Shown here: positions 37,880 to 46,167 of the stretch, in pieces
How the letters are laid out: every line of letters begins with the position of its first letter
Position numbering within the stretch: position 1 is the first letter of the stretch
Source of the DNA: a bacterium
GTDB taxonomy: Bacteria; UBA8248
NCBI GenBank assembly: GCA_965219955.1
Contig: OZ244799.1
Coordinates: 3,264,001-3,328,000, forward strand
Length of the DNA stretch: 64,000 nucleotides
Direction of reading: 5' to 3'
Notes under the pieces: generated by a model
Seen by the model: only the letters and a program-made list of their open reading frames with translations
Told to the model about the DNA's origin: nothing
The model's database searches: none
Made by a program: the position numbers and the translations under genes

Positions 37880-38432
37880 GCGGCGGGCAGGCCGGGTTCA
37901 AGGCGCCCGGAAGACACTTGCCTTTGGAGGCCGTGAAGGGCGGGCGCATGCCGCAGGAATATGTGTCCCGCGGAACCACCGGCCCGGACGGCGGCGCGGC
38001 CTCGCCGCCGCGCCCCGGCGCTGCCGATACGGATCAGGACGGGCCGGACGGCGGCCTTTATATACACGCGATAGAGGAGGTTCATCAGACGAAGCCGAGA
38101 ATGCGCTGGAGAAACCTTTATTGACCCGAGTTTGCAACGCGATTCACGAGGCGCGGTCATCCCGGAGATGACGGTGTAAACAAAAAGACCCTCCCCCCCG
38201 AAGAACCAGCTTGCGGCGGGGACCATCCCGAAAGATCCACGCCTCCTGAATGACGTCCCAGGCAGATTGGACGGCGGGCCCGGAAGACGCCGGCTCCCCG
38301 TTCCGCCAGGACAGGCTCACAAACACAAATAGATGAAAGATCCGAATTAAACGCGAGGAAAGGAGGTTAATCGGAGAAAGCCGGAAATTCACTGAAGATC
38401 CCTTTTTCTATGTATTCAGGAGGACTCACTAA

Positions 38433-40334
38433 ATGATGTTCAAAGACAAGTATATTCACAAGTTTTACGCTTTCGCGCTGGCGGCCGTGTTCGCGCTGAC
38501 GCTGGCCGGCTGCGGCGGCGGCGGTGGCACGGCGGCGGCGCCGGACCCGGAGCCGCCCGCAATGCCGGAACCGACCCCGCAGGAAACCTGCGAGGGTGAC
38601 GGCGGCCGCTATAACGCGGACGGCTCCTGCACGAGCGCTGAGGATCTCGCGGCGGAAATGACCGAAGCGGAAGCCCTGAGCGCCGCGCAGGAAGCAGCGA
38701 TGACGGCCTACATGGCGGCGATGGCGGCAGTGGCCGGTGCGGTGGACCCCGTGGCGGCTACGAACGCGCAGCCGCACGCAACCGCGGCCATGGCGGCATC
38801 CGCCTCGGCGGCGGCGGCCACGGATTCGGCGACGGCCATGGAGCACCAGGCGGCGGCCGAGGCGGCCCGCGACATGGCGGTGGAAGCCGGCATGACGCGC
38901 GGCCTGGGGATCACCACACGGGCGAACGCGGCTTCCAACCAGGCCGCCATCGACAGCGCCACTCTCGTCGGCGTGCCTGCTCCCGCTCCGGTATCCAATG
39001 CGGGAAGAGTGGGCAGGGCGATGGCAGCCGCTGCGACGACGGTAGCTGCGGGCGCCGATGGCAATGTCGACGGTAGCGCTACTACTACAAATCCAGATAC
39101 CACCCAGCAGGGCGCAGTGGTCACGTCATCGGCGAGAAACATCGGCAGTGGTCCCAGATTCACGGTAATGGCGCCGACCGGCGGCACCGCCACCCCTCAG
39201 TTGAGAGGCGAAAGCCCGACAGCGATCACGACGCGCGGCGGCTGGGCGGGCGCCGAATTGCTGAGCGGCTCGGGCGCTCCGGGTGGCAACAGAGGGTATG
39301 CCCTCGTATTCACGGACATCAATCCGGCGGCGCAGAGTTATTACACCGCTGTTGATACCACCATCCCCGCTAGCGCGAATTTCCGTAATGCTGACCAACT
39401 AGCAGCAAATGTTGATACAACAGAAACTACCGGCCAAAGCGTAAACAGGGCTGTCATCGGCGGAGAAATCCCGGGAGACGGAAGCCACTTTGTGGGAACG
39501 TATAATCAGATCCCCACCGACAACAACCCGCCTGTTCCGGGACGGTTCTTCTGTGGTACCGGCGTGGCCTGCTCCATCAGCGTAGACGCCTCGGGCGTCC
39601 TCAGGGGGATTACGGGCTACGTGTTCCAGCCCGCCATCGCTGGATCCGTGATGCGGGGAGACTCGGACTATATGACCTGGGGCGTTTGGGTGAACATTCC
39701 GAACGACCCGCAACAGACGAGCGGAACTACTACTGCAGATGCTGCTCTTACGAACCCCGCAACCGCCGCCGCATTCGCCAGCGGCAGGGACCCGTTCCAG
39801 GTTCCGGCCGATCTCACGGGCACGGCGACGTATAACGGGGTCGCGAACGGCCTGTATGCGGCGGGCGGCATGGTCGAGTACTTCGAAGCCGACGCCAGCC
39901 TTTCGGCCGATTTCGGCGGCAGGAGAGCCAACGATTCTGATCCCAGAGATGGTACCGCGAACGACAATGGCCTCCTGGGCGCCGTCACCGGATCCATCAC
40001 CAACATCAAGGCCGGCGGCATGGACGTCGAAGGTTCGCTGACGCTGGGTAGAGCTCCACTGCTCGCCGGTGATCCTGCTGTTACGACACCTGCTACTGCT
40101 CCTACAGCTGATTCCCCGGCCAACGTCTTCAGAGGCAACACCCAAGGCTCCCTGGGCGGCAGGGCCATACAAGGTTCCTGGACGGGGCGGTTCTACGGCC
40201 CCCAAAGGGCGCAGGGCGTGGCGATTCGAACCGAATTCCCCACGACCGCGGCTGGCACCTTCGGCGCCAGAACGCCTGCGGGCGCCCCAGGGGTCAGCAT
40301 CCTGGGTTCTTTCGGCACGTGGAGGGCCGAGTAA
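38433..40334 (+). CDS. surface lipoprotein with C-terminal TbpB-like beta-barrel
   Basis: Lipobox LAGC plus poly-Gly linker, Ala-rich stalk, and DYMTWGVW, GTATYNG, GSWTGRFYG, AGTF and SILGSFG barrel strands. AGGAGG SD upstream. Confidence 0.82.
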   Translation: MMFKDKYIHKFYAFALAAVFALTLAGCGGGGGTAAAPDPEPPAMPEPTPQETCEGDGGRYNADGSCTSAEDLAAEMTEAEALSAAQEAAMTAYMAAMAAVAGAVDPVAATNAQPHATAAMAASASAAAATDSATAMEHQAAAEAARDMAVEAGMTRGLGITTRANAASNQAAIDSATLVGVPAPAPVSNAGRVGRAMAAAATTVAAGADGNVDGSATTTNPDTTQQGAVVTSSARNIGSGPRFTVMAPTGGTATPQLRGESPTAITTRGGWAGAELLSGSGAPGGNRGYALVFTDINPAAQSYYTAVDTTIPASANFRNADQLAANVDTTETTGQSVNRAVIGGEIPGDGSHFVGTYNQIPTDNNPPVPGRFFCGTGVACSISVDASGVLRGITGYVFQPAIAGSVMRGDSDYMTWGVWVNIPNDPQQTSGTTTADAALTNPATAAAFASGRDPFQVPADLTGTATYNGVANGLYAAGGMVEYFEADASLSADFGGRRANDSDPRDGTANDNGLLGAVTGSITNIKAGGMDVEGSLTLGRAPLLAGDPAVTTPATAPTADSPANVFRGNTQGSLGGRAIQGSWTGRFYGPQRAQGVAIRTEFPTTAAGTFGARTPAGAPGVSILGSFGTWRAE

Positions 40335-40358
40335 GCAACAGCGCATGACTCCTTCGGT

Positions 40359-40383
40359 TCCCGGGCGTCAGCACGACGCCCGG
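40359..40383 (+). terminator. hairpin between the two lipoprotein genes
   Basis: CCCGGGCGTC-AGCAC-GACGCCCGGG perfect 10-bp stem with no U tract. Confidence 0.4.
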
Positions 40384-40497
40384 GGCCGGGGGATGAACGA
40401 ACGCGGCGCAAGGCGTCGCGCAGGCAGTAGATGGAAACCCAAGTTTTATCCGCTCGCCCCTTCCGTTTTCCCGGAAGGAACCAGCCTTAGGGGGCAA

Positions 40498-42288
40498 ATG
40501 ATGAAAATGCTCAAGCTTTTGGGATTGACGGTATTTGTCGTGTGCATTGCGGCATTTGCCTCCGGCTGCGGCGGCGGTGGCGGCGGCTCTGCGATGACGC
40601 CGGAGGAACCGCCGCCGGTGATGGAATGCCCGGAGGGTCAGGTCGGGACGTACCCGGACTGCACGGAACCGGGGCCGACGGATGAGCAAAGGATAGCCGC
40701 GGCGAGGCAAATACTCGCAGACAACCTCACTGACGCCCGCAGTCTGGCGCTAGCGGCGAGTTCGGTGGCGGCAGCGGTGCAGTTCCACCCCGACGCCACG
40801 GCGGAGCAGGTAGATCTTGCTCTCGGTTATGCAGCCGACGCGCAAGCGGCCCTGGCGGCTGTCGAGGCCGCGAGGGACGCCGGGAATGCGGCCGCCGCCA
40901 CGCTCACGCAGGCGCAAGCCGCGGTGACGGCCGCGCAGGCGGCGCTTAATGACCTGACGGCCGCGCAATCGGCGGCGGCGGGCATCCAGAGCGCCGTGGA
41001 AGCGGTTGCGAGCCAGCGCCAACAAATGCAAGCGAACGAGGCCGCCCTGACGAACAACTCCTCGCTCATCCAGCATGTGAGAGCCAACAAGATCCTCTCC
41101 GACGCGCTGTTGGAGGATCTGGAGCCCGCCCGGCTTGTTGGAGGTCGGGCCGGGGTCACCGACGGTTCTGACCCGCAAATTGCTGAAGATGATACCGAGT
41201 CGTGCACTGCGCCGTGCGCCACGTTCCCTGCGAATACCGGGACCGGCGCAACAGCGGTCGTCGGACAGCGGGGAGTTCGGGTGGGAACCCTTATTTCGAA
41301 CAGCACGACGCCTGCGCTTACCGGAACGGGCCGCCTTCCCTATGGATTCAATCTGGAAATGGAAGACACCCCCTCTGCTGATATTACCACCTTCATCAAC
41401 GCCTACACGGACATTTCGCAAACGCGGCTCAAGGTAAGAAGAAGAACGAATTTCCTGGAAGACGATGCTGCGGAAGGCGATCGGCGGTATGAAGAAGTAG
41501 ATGTGGCAGACACCGACTATCTGCTCGCCGGAATCTGGATGACGGTGAACAACGCCAATCTGGGCGAATCTCAGATACAAGCCTTCGCGTATGGGAGCCA
41601 GCCCATCGTCGCATCTTTCAATTTCTGTAGTGGTATTGAAGGCCCTACTGATCCGGTATCTACAATGGTAACATCAACAGCTACTCCAGCGGTAACAACG
41701 ACGACTACAAGAGCATGTGCGCCGACTGAAGGATTAAGCACCATCGCCGGCGCCAATGGATTTGTGGACGAAGGCAAAGACGTGACGGCCACCTACACGG
41801 GGGATGCGAACGGCGCCTACATCGCGGGAGGAGATACGAGTTATTTCACCGGGAGCGTCGAACTCACGGCCGAGTTCCAGAACCCGATAACTCAAGGAAA
41901 CATGGTTGCTGAGGATGGCAAGGGCAGCATTCAGGGTTCGGTCACGAACATCACCTCCGGTGGACAGTCAATCGTGGGCAGCATCGAGCTTCAAAAACAG
42001 ACCCTTGGAAATGATATAAACACCGCTTTTGCTGGTGCGGCCGTCGGCGTGGTGGACGGCAAATCCTTCGGCGGCAATTGGAGGGGCCAGTTCTTCGGAC
42101 TGAGACACAAACCCAAAACCACGGAAACGGTAACGGATAGAACGGATCCTCTTGCTATAACAACTACCATAACAACGACGTACAAGCCCGATGCACCCGG
42201 TTCGGTTGCGGGAACCTTTTTCGTCAAGCAGCTGAGCAACCCGGCTGGAGAGGCCGCCTTCATCGGCGCGTTCGGGGCGCACAGGTAA
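40498..42288 (+). CDS. surface lipoprotein with C-terminal TbpB-like beta-barrel (paralog)
   Basis: MMKMLKLLGLTVFVVCIAAFASGC-GGGGGG lipoprotein signal, Ala-rich helices, and DYLLAGIW, ATYTG, GNWRGQFFG, AGTF and FIGAFGAHR. Confidence 0.82.
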   Translation: MMKMLKLLGLTVFVVCIAAFASGCGGGGGGSAMTPEEPPPVMECPEGQVGTYPDCTEPGPTDEQRIAAARQILADNLTDARSLALAASSVAAAVQFHPDATAEQVDLALGYAADAQAALAAVEAARDAGNAAAATLTQAQAAVTAAQAALNDLTAAQSAAAGIQSAVEAVASQRQQMQANEAALTNNSSLIQHVRANKILSDALLEDLEPARLVGGRAGVTDGSDPQIAEDDTESCTAPCATFPANTGTGATAVVGQRGVRVGTLISNSTTPALTGTGRLPYGFNLEMEDTPSADITTFINAYTDISQTRLKVRRRTNFLEDDAAEGDRRYEEVDVADTDYLLAGIWMTVNNANLGESQIQAFAYGSQPIVASFNFCSGIEGPTDPVSTMVTSTATPAVTTTTTRACAPTEGLSTIAGANGFVDEGKDVTATYTGDANGAYIAGGDTSYFTGSVELTAEFQNPITQGNMVAEDGKGSIQGSVTNITSGGQSIVGSIELQKQTLGNDINTAFAGAAVGVVDGKSFGGNWRGQFFGLRHKPKTTETVTDRTDPLAITTTITTTYKPDAPGSVAGTFFVKQLSNPAGEAAFIGAFGAHR

Positions 42289-42359
42289 CGGAGCAGGACG
42301 CCTTCGGCCTCGGGGCTTCATCGCCCCGGAGCCTCAGGCGGGCGAAGGAAAAGGAAGAA

Positions 42360-42550
42360 GAGTGGAAAAGGGGGTTGCCCGTTGGTTGCTTCCCTCGTGA
42401 TAGAGCAAACAGTACCGCTCCTGGTTATGAGTTTGAGTCCTCGAGCCGGGAACGGGAACAACGGGCAGCCCCTGTTCTCGCTTCATCGAAGCAAGCCGGC
42501 ACCCCGACTCGGCCTGCACCTCGGGGAATGTGTCGCAGCAGTTCCCACAC
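42360..42550 (-). ncRNA. structured non-coding segment resembling an IS110-family non-coding end (no transposase present)
   Basis: 14-bp outer stem (42371-42384/42459-42472) with internal loops, plus two upstream hairpins. The motif order GGTGCAGGCCGAGT...CCGGCTCGAG...CATAACCA...GAGCGGT...CTATCA...GGAAGC is recalled from IS110 ends and not verified. Strand is uncertain. Confidence 0.35.
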
Positions 42551-42557
42551 TCGGGGG

Positions 42558-43275
42558 TTTTTCAACAACCCCTGAAAGCAGCCCTTCGAGGGGTGTCGGC
42601 CCTTTCCTCCACAGACCACGCGTTTTCGCCTCCCCGCCTTGAAAGGACAGCGCCGAGGAGGGGCTGTCCTTTATCCCCCGACAAGGGTCTGTTGAAAAAA
42701 TCCCCTGAGGGAGCGCGTTGAATTTCACTCCCCCCTTGAGGAGGGGGAGTCGGCAAGACGAGGGCGAAGCCCGAAGTCGCGCCGGTGGGGGGACATGCCA
42801 CAGAGTAAACCTCCCCCCACCGAATCGGCCTTCGCAAAAAACGCTCGGCCTCTTCGTCTGGCTTTCCCCTCGGGAAGCCAGACCCTCAAGGGCCTGTTGA
42901 AAAAGTCCTCTCCGCCTCATCCTGAGTAGCGGCGGAGCCGCGTATCGAAGGATGCCCTCTCACCCGGCGCGAGGTGTTCGACTCCCCGCGCCCTTCGATA
43001 CGCCGCCCTTCGACAAGCTCAGGACAGGCTCTTCGGCGGCTACTCAGGGTGAGGAAAGAGGCGTTGGCGGTTTGTGGAGGGGCAGACCAGGCTTTTTCAA
43101 CAGCCCCCTCAAGGGGGGAGTGGTTCCTCTCTCGTCGGTCGGTTACTTACGACAAATAATGAGAGGCGTTGTGAGATTCTCCGGAAGGGTTTTGTAGCAG
43201 GACAACCCAAAAGGGTTGTCCTGGCCTCCGTGGTTGTCCTTCGTCAGGACAGGCACGGAGGGCTGTCCCTACAGC
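42558..43275. repeat. nested palindromic repeat / MITE cluster
   Basis: TIR ends at 42558, 42684, 42890 and 43093. An inverted homolog of the 9508-9670 palindrome starts at 42726. The TIR element 42890-43107 is flanked by duplicated CTCAA. A GTAG doublet matches 35886-35930. Confidence 0.78.
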
Positions 43276-43619
43276 GAACAATCTCGAAGGTCGGATAGGA
43301 CTTTTTGGGCAACCCCTCACCACCCGGGTTCGCGCGCGCGTTTGCCCGCATTTGCCGTCACCGGGCATTCTCCGGAGGAGGCGATAATCCCGCGCGGGAA
43401 AGGGAGCATCAAACCGGCGGGAGGAGGGGAGAAATGGAAAGGGTGTTCCGGTTCGATCGGAGGGTCGCAGGCCCTCTTTCTTCCGGTCGGCGAACCGCAG
43501 CCGCTCCCCGTCCGCGTTCGGCCCGCGAACCGGAATTTCCGAAAAATAAGATAAAATTGGATAAATTCACGAGGTTTTTCGATAAATTAAAAAATGTTAT
43601 CTTGTTGATAAATAATAAG

Positions 43620-44468
43620 TTATCTGGTTTTCGTCTTCGGGGCGGCGATGATGTAGGTGGGCGCCGCCCGCCCCGGAATCTCGATCTCATCGCGCACCCA
43701 CAACTGCGAACTCGAGCCGCCGTCGAGGTTCATGGCGTCGCGGACGCCGAGGCCGCCCTCCGATTCGGGCAGCGCGAGGAACTCCTGAAGCTCGCACCAG
43801 GAGATGCCGCGCGTCTCGGCCTCGCTCACCAGGACGACGAGCCTGTCCCCGGCGTCCAGGGCGACCACCGTCCTCCTCGTGGCGCGCAGGTATTCCCGGT
43901 AGCGGGACAACCCCTGAACGGGCTTCCCGTCCTCGACGAGGAGAGGCCCCGCCTGGAACGCTTCGCTGACGCCCGCATCCTCGAACTTTTCGCGGGAAAC
44001 GATTTCGGGCCGGCCGCCGCTGCGCCCTGCGGTGAACACCGCTCCGTAATGCAGGAACGTCTTGCGCCCCCGGTACAGCACGCGGCTGTTGAACACCTTG
44101 CCGCCCGAGCGGAAATACCCCATGGGCCGGCCTTTTTCGTCATAATAGCCGGCGTTGAGAACCACGGCGGCGCCCGGCTTTTTGCCGATGGCGCCGAAGT
44201 CGACGGGTGAGAACCACTCTGATTTCTCGCGCCAGTGGAGCCTGATTTCAAAGTCCTGATGCCGCAGGCGAACCGCCTTCATCCGCGCGGTCGCGCCGTT
44301 TTCGAACCGGATTCGAACGTCCCGCGTTTCCAGCGGCAGGGTTCGCCCCGGCGTCCAGCGGCCGTCGCCCACGGGCCGGCCCTTGAGAGGACAATCGGAT
44401 GCGGCCGCCGCGGGCCGGACGGCCACAAGAGAGCCGACAATCAAAATCAACACCAGCAAACGCTTCAT
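43620..44468 (-). CDS. phosphodiester glycosidase (NAGPA/DUF2233) family exported protein
   Basis: Signal peptide MKRLLVLILIVGSLVAVRPAAA, and LNAGYY, QAGPLLV and AMNLDGGSSSQL motifs. Confidence 0.85.
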   Translation of the reverse strand: MKRLLVLILIVGSLVAVRPAAAASDCPLKGRPVGDGRWTPGRTLPLETRDVRIRFENGATARMKAVRLRHQDFEIRLHWREKSEWFSPVDFGAIGKKPGAAVVLNAGYYDEKGRPMGYFRSGGKVFNSRVLYRGRKTFLHYGAVFTAGRSGGRPEIVSREKFEDAGVSEAFQAGPLLVEDGKPVQGLSRYREYLRATRRTVVALDAGDRLVVLVSEAETRGISWCELQEFLALPESEGGLGVRDAMNLDGGSSSQLWVRDEIEIPGRAAPTYIIAAPKTKTR

Positions 44469-44523
44469 GGCGAAAAGCCCCTCAACGCCGCCAACCCCGC
44501 TTCCGTCCGACTGCGCGCAATGA

Positions 44524-46134
44524 CTAGAAACCAGCCGCGCAGCCATCCCTCCGGTGGTCGGAACCACCCATGAAAACGCCGTCATCCAGCCGGACGATTC
44601 CCTGCCCGCCGCCGAAGCCCTCATAGCCGCCTGCGCGGCGGACGTCGTGGCCGCGCGATTCCAGCTCCCGGAGCACGGCCTCCGGCACGCCGCTCTCTAT
44701 CGCCACCGCCCGGCCACCCAGAACGCGAAAACGCGGCGCTTCGATGGCCTCCTGGACGTCCATGCCGAAATCCACCATGTTCGAGAGCACCTGCACGTGG
44801 CCCTGGGGCTGCATGTCGCCTCCCATGACGCCGAAACTCATCCAGGGTTCTCCGTCTTTCATCACGAAACCGGGAATGATGGTGTGCAGGGGCCGCTTTC
44901 CGGGCGCGATGCAGTTCGGGTGGCCTTCTTCCAGCACGAAGCCGCTGCCCCGGTTCTGGAGCATGATGCCCGTCTCGCCCCCGGTGACGCCGGAGCCGAA
45001 ATGATGGAACAGGCTGTTGATGAACGAGCACATGTTGCCCCGGGAATCCGCCACGGTGAGGTAAATCGTGTCGTTCCAGGTGTCGGGAATCCCGGCTGCG
45101 GGGCTGCCGGCTTTCTTTTCATCGATGAGCTTGCGCCTTTCATCGGCATACCCTGAAGACAGCAGCCCTTTCAGGGGCACGTCCGCCCTGGCCATATCCG
45201 CGACGTAGCGGTCCCTGTCCGCAAAAGCGAGCTTCATCGCCTCGATCACGACGTGGAGATGCTCGGCCGAGCCGTAACTCATCTCCCCGAAAGGATAAGC
45301 GTCGATGAGATTCAGGCATATCAGCGCCGTGACGCCCTGCCCCGAGGGCGGTATCTCGCAAAGCTCATGGCCGCGGTAGGATGCGCGAATCGGCTCGACC
45401 CATTCAGATTTCGTGGCGGCGAAATCTTCCAGTTCGAACAAACCCCCGATTTCCTTCGTGTAGCGGACGATCTCCTCGGCTATCGGGCCTTCGTAGAAAG
45501 CCTCACGCCCGCCACCGGCTATCACCCGCAGGGATTCTCCCAGCTTCGGGTTCCGGAATCTTTCTCCGATCTTCGGCGAACGTCCCGCCGGCAGATAGGT
45601 TCGCCGCGAGTATGCGCACTTTTCCAGCTTTTCCGTCTGGTTCGCCCATGCGCGGCCGATGATGGGAGAGAGGGGAAACCCGTCTTCCGCGTATTGAATC
45701 GCCGGCCCCAGAAGCTCCGGCATTGTCTTTTTGCCGCTGCCGCATCGCTCGTGGGCGGCGAACCAGCCATCCACCGCACCGGGAAGGGTGCAGGAATAAA
45801 TTCCCGTCACCGGCATGGAGGAAAATTCCCGGTAACGCGAGAACGTGGCCCTGGCCGGACTCTTTCCGCTGCCGTTCAAGCCCAGGAGTTCCTTCGCATC
45901 GGCGTCCCAGTAGAGCATGAACATGTCCCCGCCGACACCCGTGGATTGCGGCTCCACCACGTTCAATGCCGCGGCTGCGGCGATGGCCGCGTCCATGGCG
46001 TTTCCGCCTTCTCTCAGTATCTGGAGACCCGCTTCGGCAGCCAGGGGCTGGCTGGTCGCCACCAAGCCCCCCGCCGCGAATACGGGGGAGCGTCCTGCGG
46101 CCAGCGCCGTCCTTGTCGTCGGCTCTTTCAACAT
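44524..46134 (-). CDS. ggt: gamma-glutamyltransferase
   Basis: ATSQPLA, GGNAMDAA, DTIYLTVAD (Thr nucleophile), LQNRG, PGKRPLHTIIP and GGDMQPQGH motifs. Confidence 0.93.
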   Translation of the reverse strand: MLKEPTTRTALAAGRSPVFAAGGLVATSQPLAAEAGLQILREGGNAMDAAIAAAAALNVVEPQSTGVGGDMFMLYWDADAKELLGLNGSGKSPARATFSRYREFSSMPVTGIYSCTLPGAVDGWFAAHERCGSGKKTMPELLGPAIQYAEDGFPLSPIIGRAWANQTEKLEKCAYSRRTYLPAGRSPKIGERFRNPKLGESLRVIAGGGREAFYEGPIAEEIVRYTKEIGGLFELEDFAATKSEWVEPIRASYRGHELCEIPPSGQGVTALICLNLIDAYPFGEMSYGSAEHLHVVIEAMKLAFADRDRYVADMARADVPLKGLLSSGYADERRKLIDEKKAGSPAAGIPDTWNDTIYLTVADSRGNMCSFINSLFHHFGSGVTGGETGIMLQNRGSGFVLEEGHPNCIAPGKRPLHTIIPGFVMKDGEPWMSFGVMGGDMQPQGHVQVLSNMVDFGMDVQEAIEAPRFRVLGGRAVAIESGVPEAVLRELESRGHDVRRAGGYEGFGGGQGIVRLDDGVFMGGSDHRRDGCAAGF

Positions 46135-46167
46135 CCACTCCTTTAGAAGATCCAAGAACTTATCGGT

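Noticed and set aside
40069-40497. N-terminal extension of the 739-aa ORF (also 5048-5581, 25525-25698, 56326-56520)
   Set aside because: These extensions overlap upstream genes or precede clear SD/signal-peptide starts, so the starts were trimmed.
38433-42288. Diversity-generating retroelement acting on the lipoproteins
   Set aside because: No reverse transcriptase and no TR/VR pair differing at adenines visible in the window. A trans-acting system cannot be excluded.
36512-43600. Prophage or ICE
   Set aside because: No structural, replication, relaxase or T4SS genes, and no tRNA att site.
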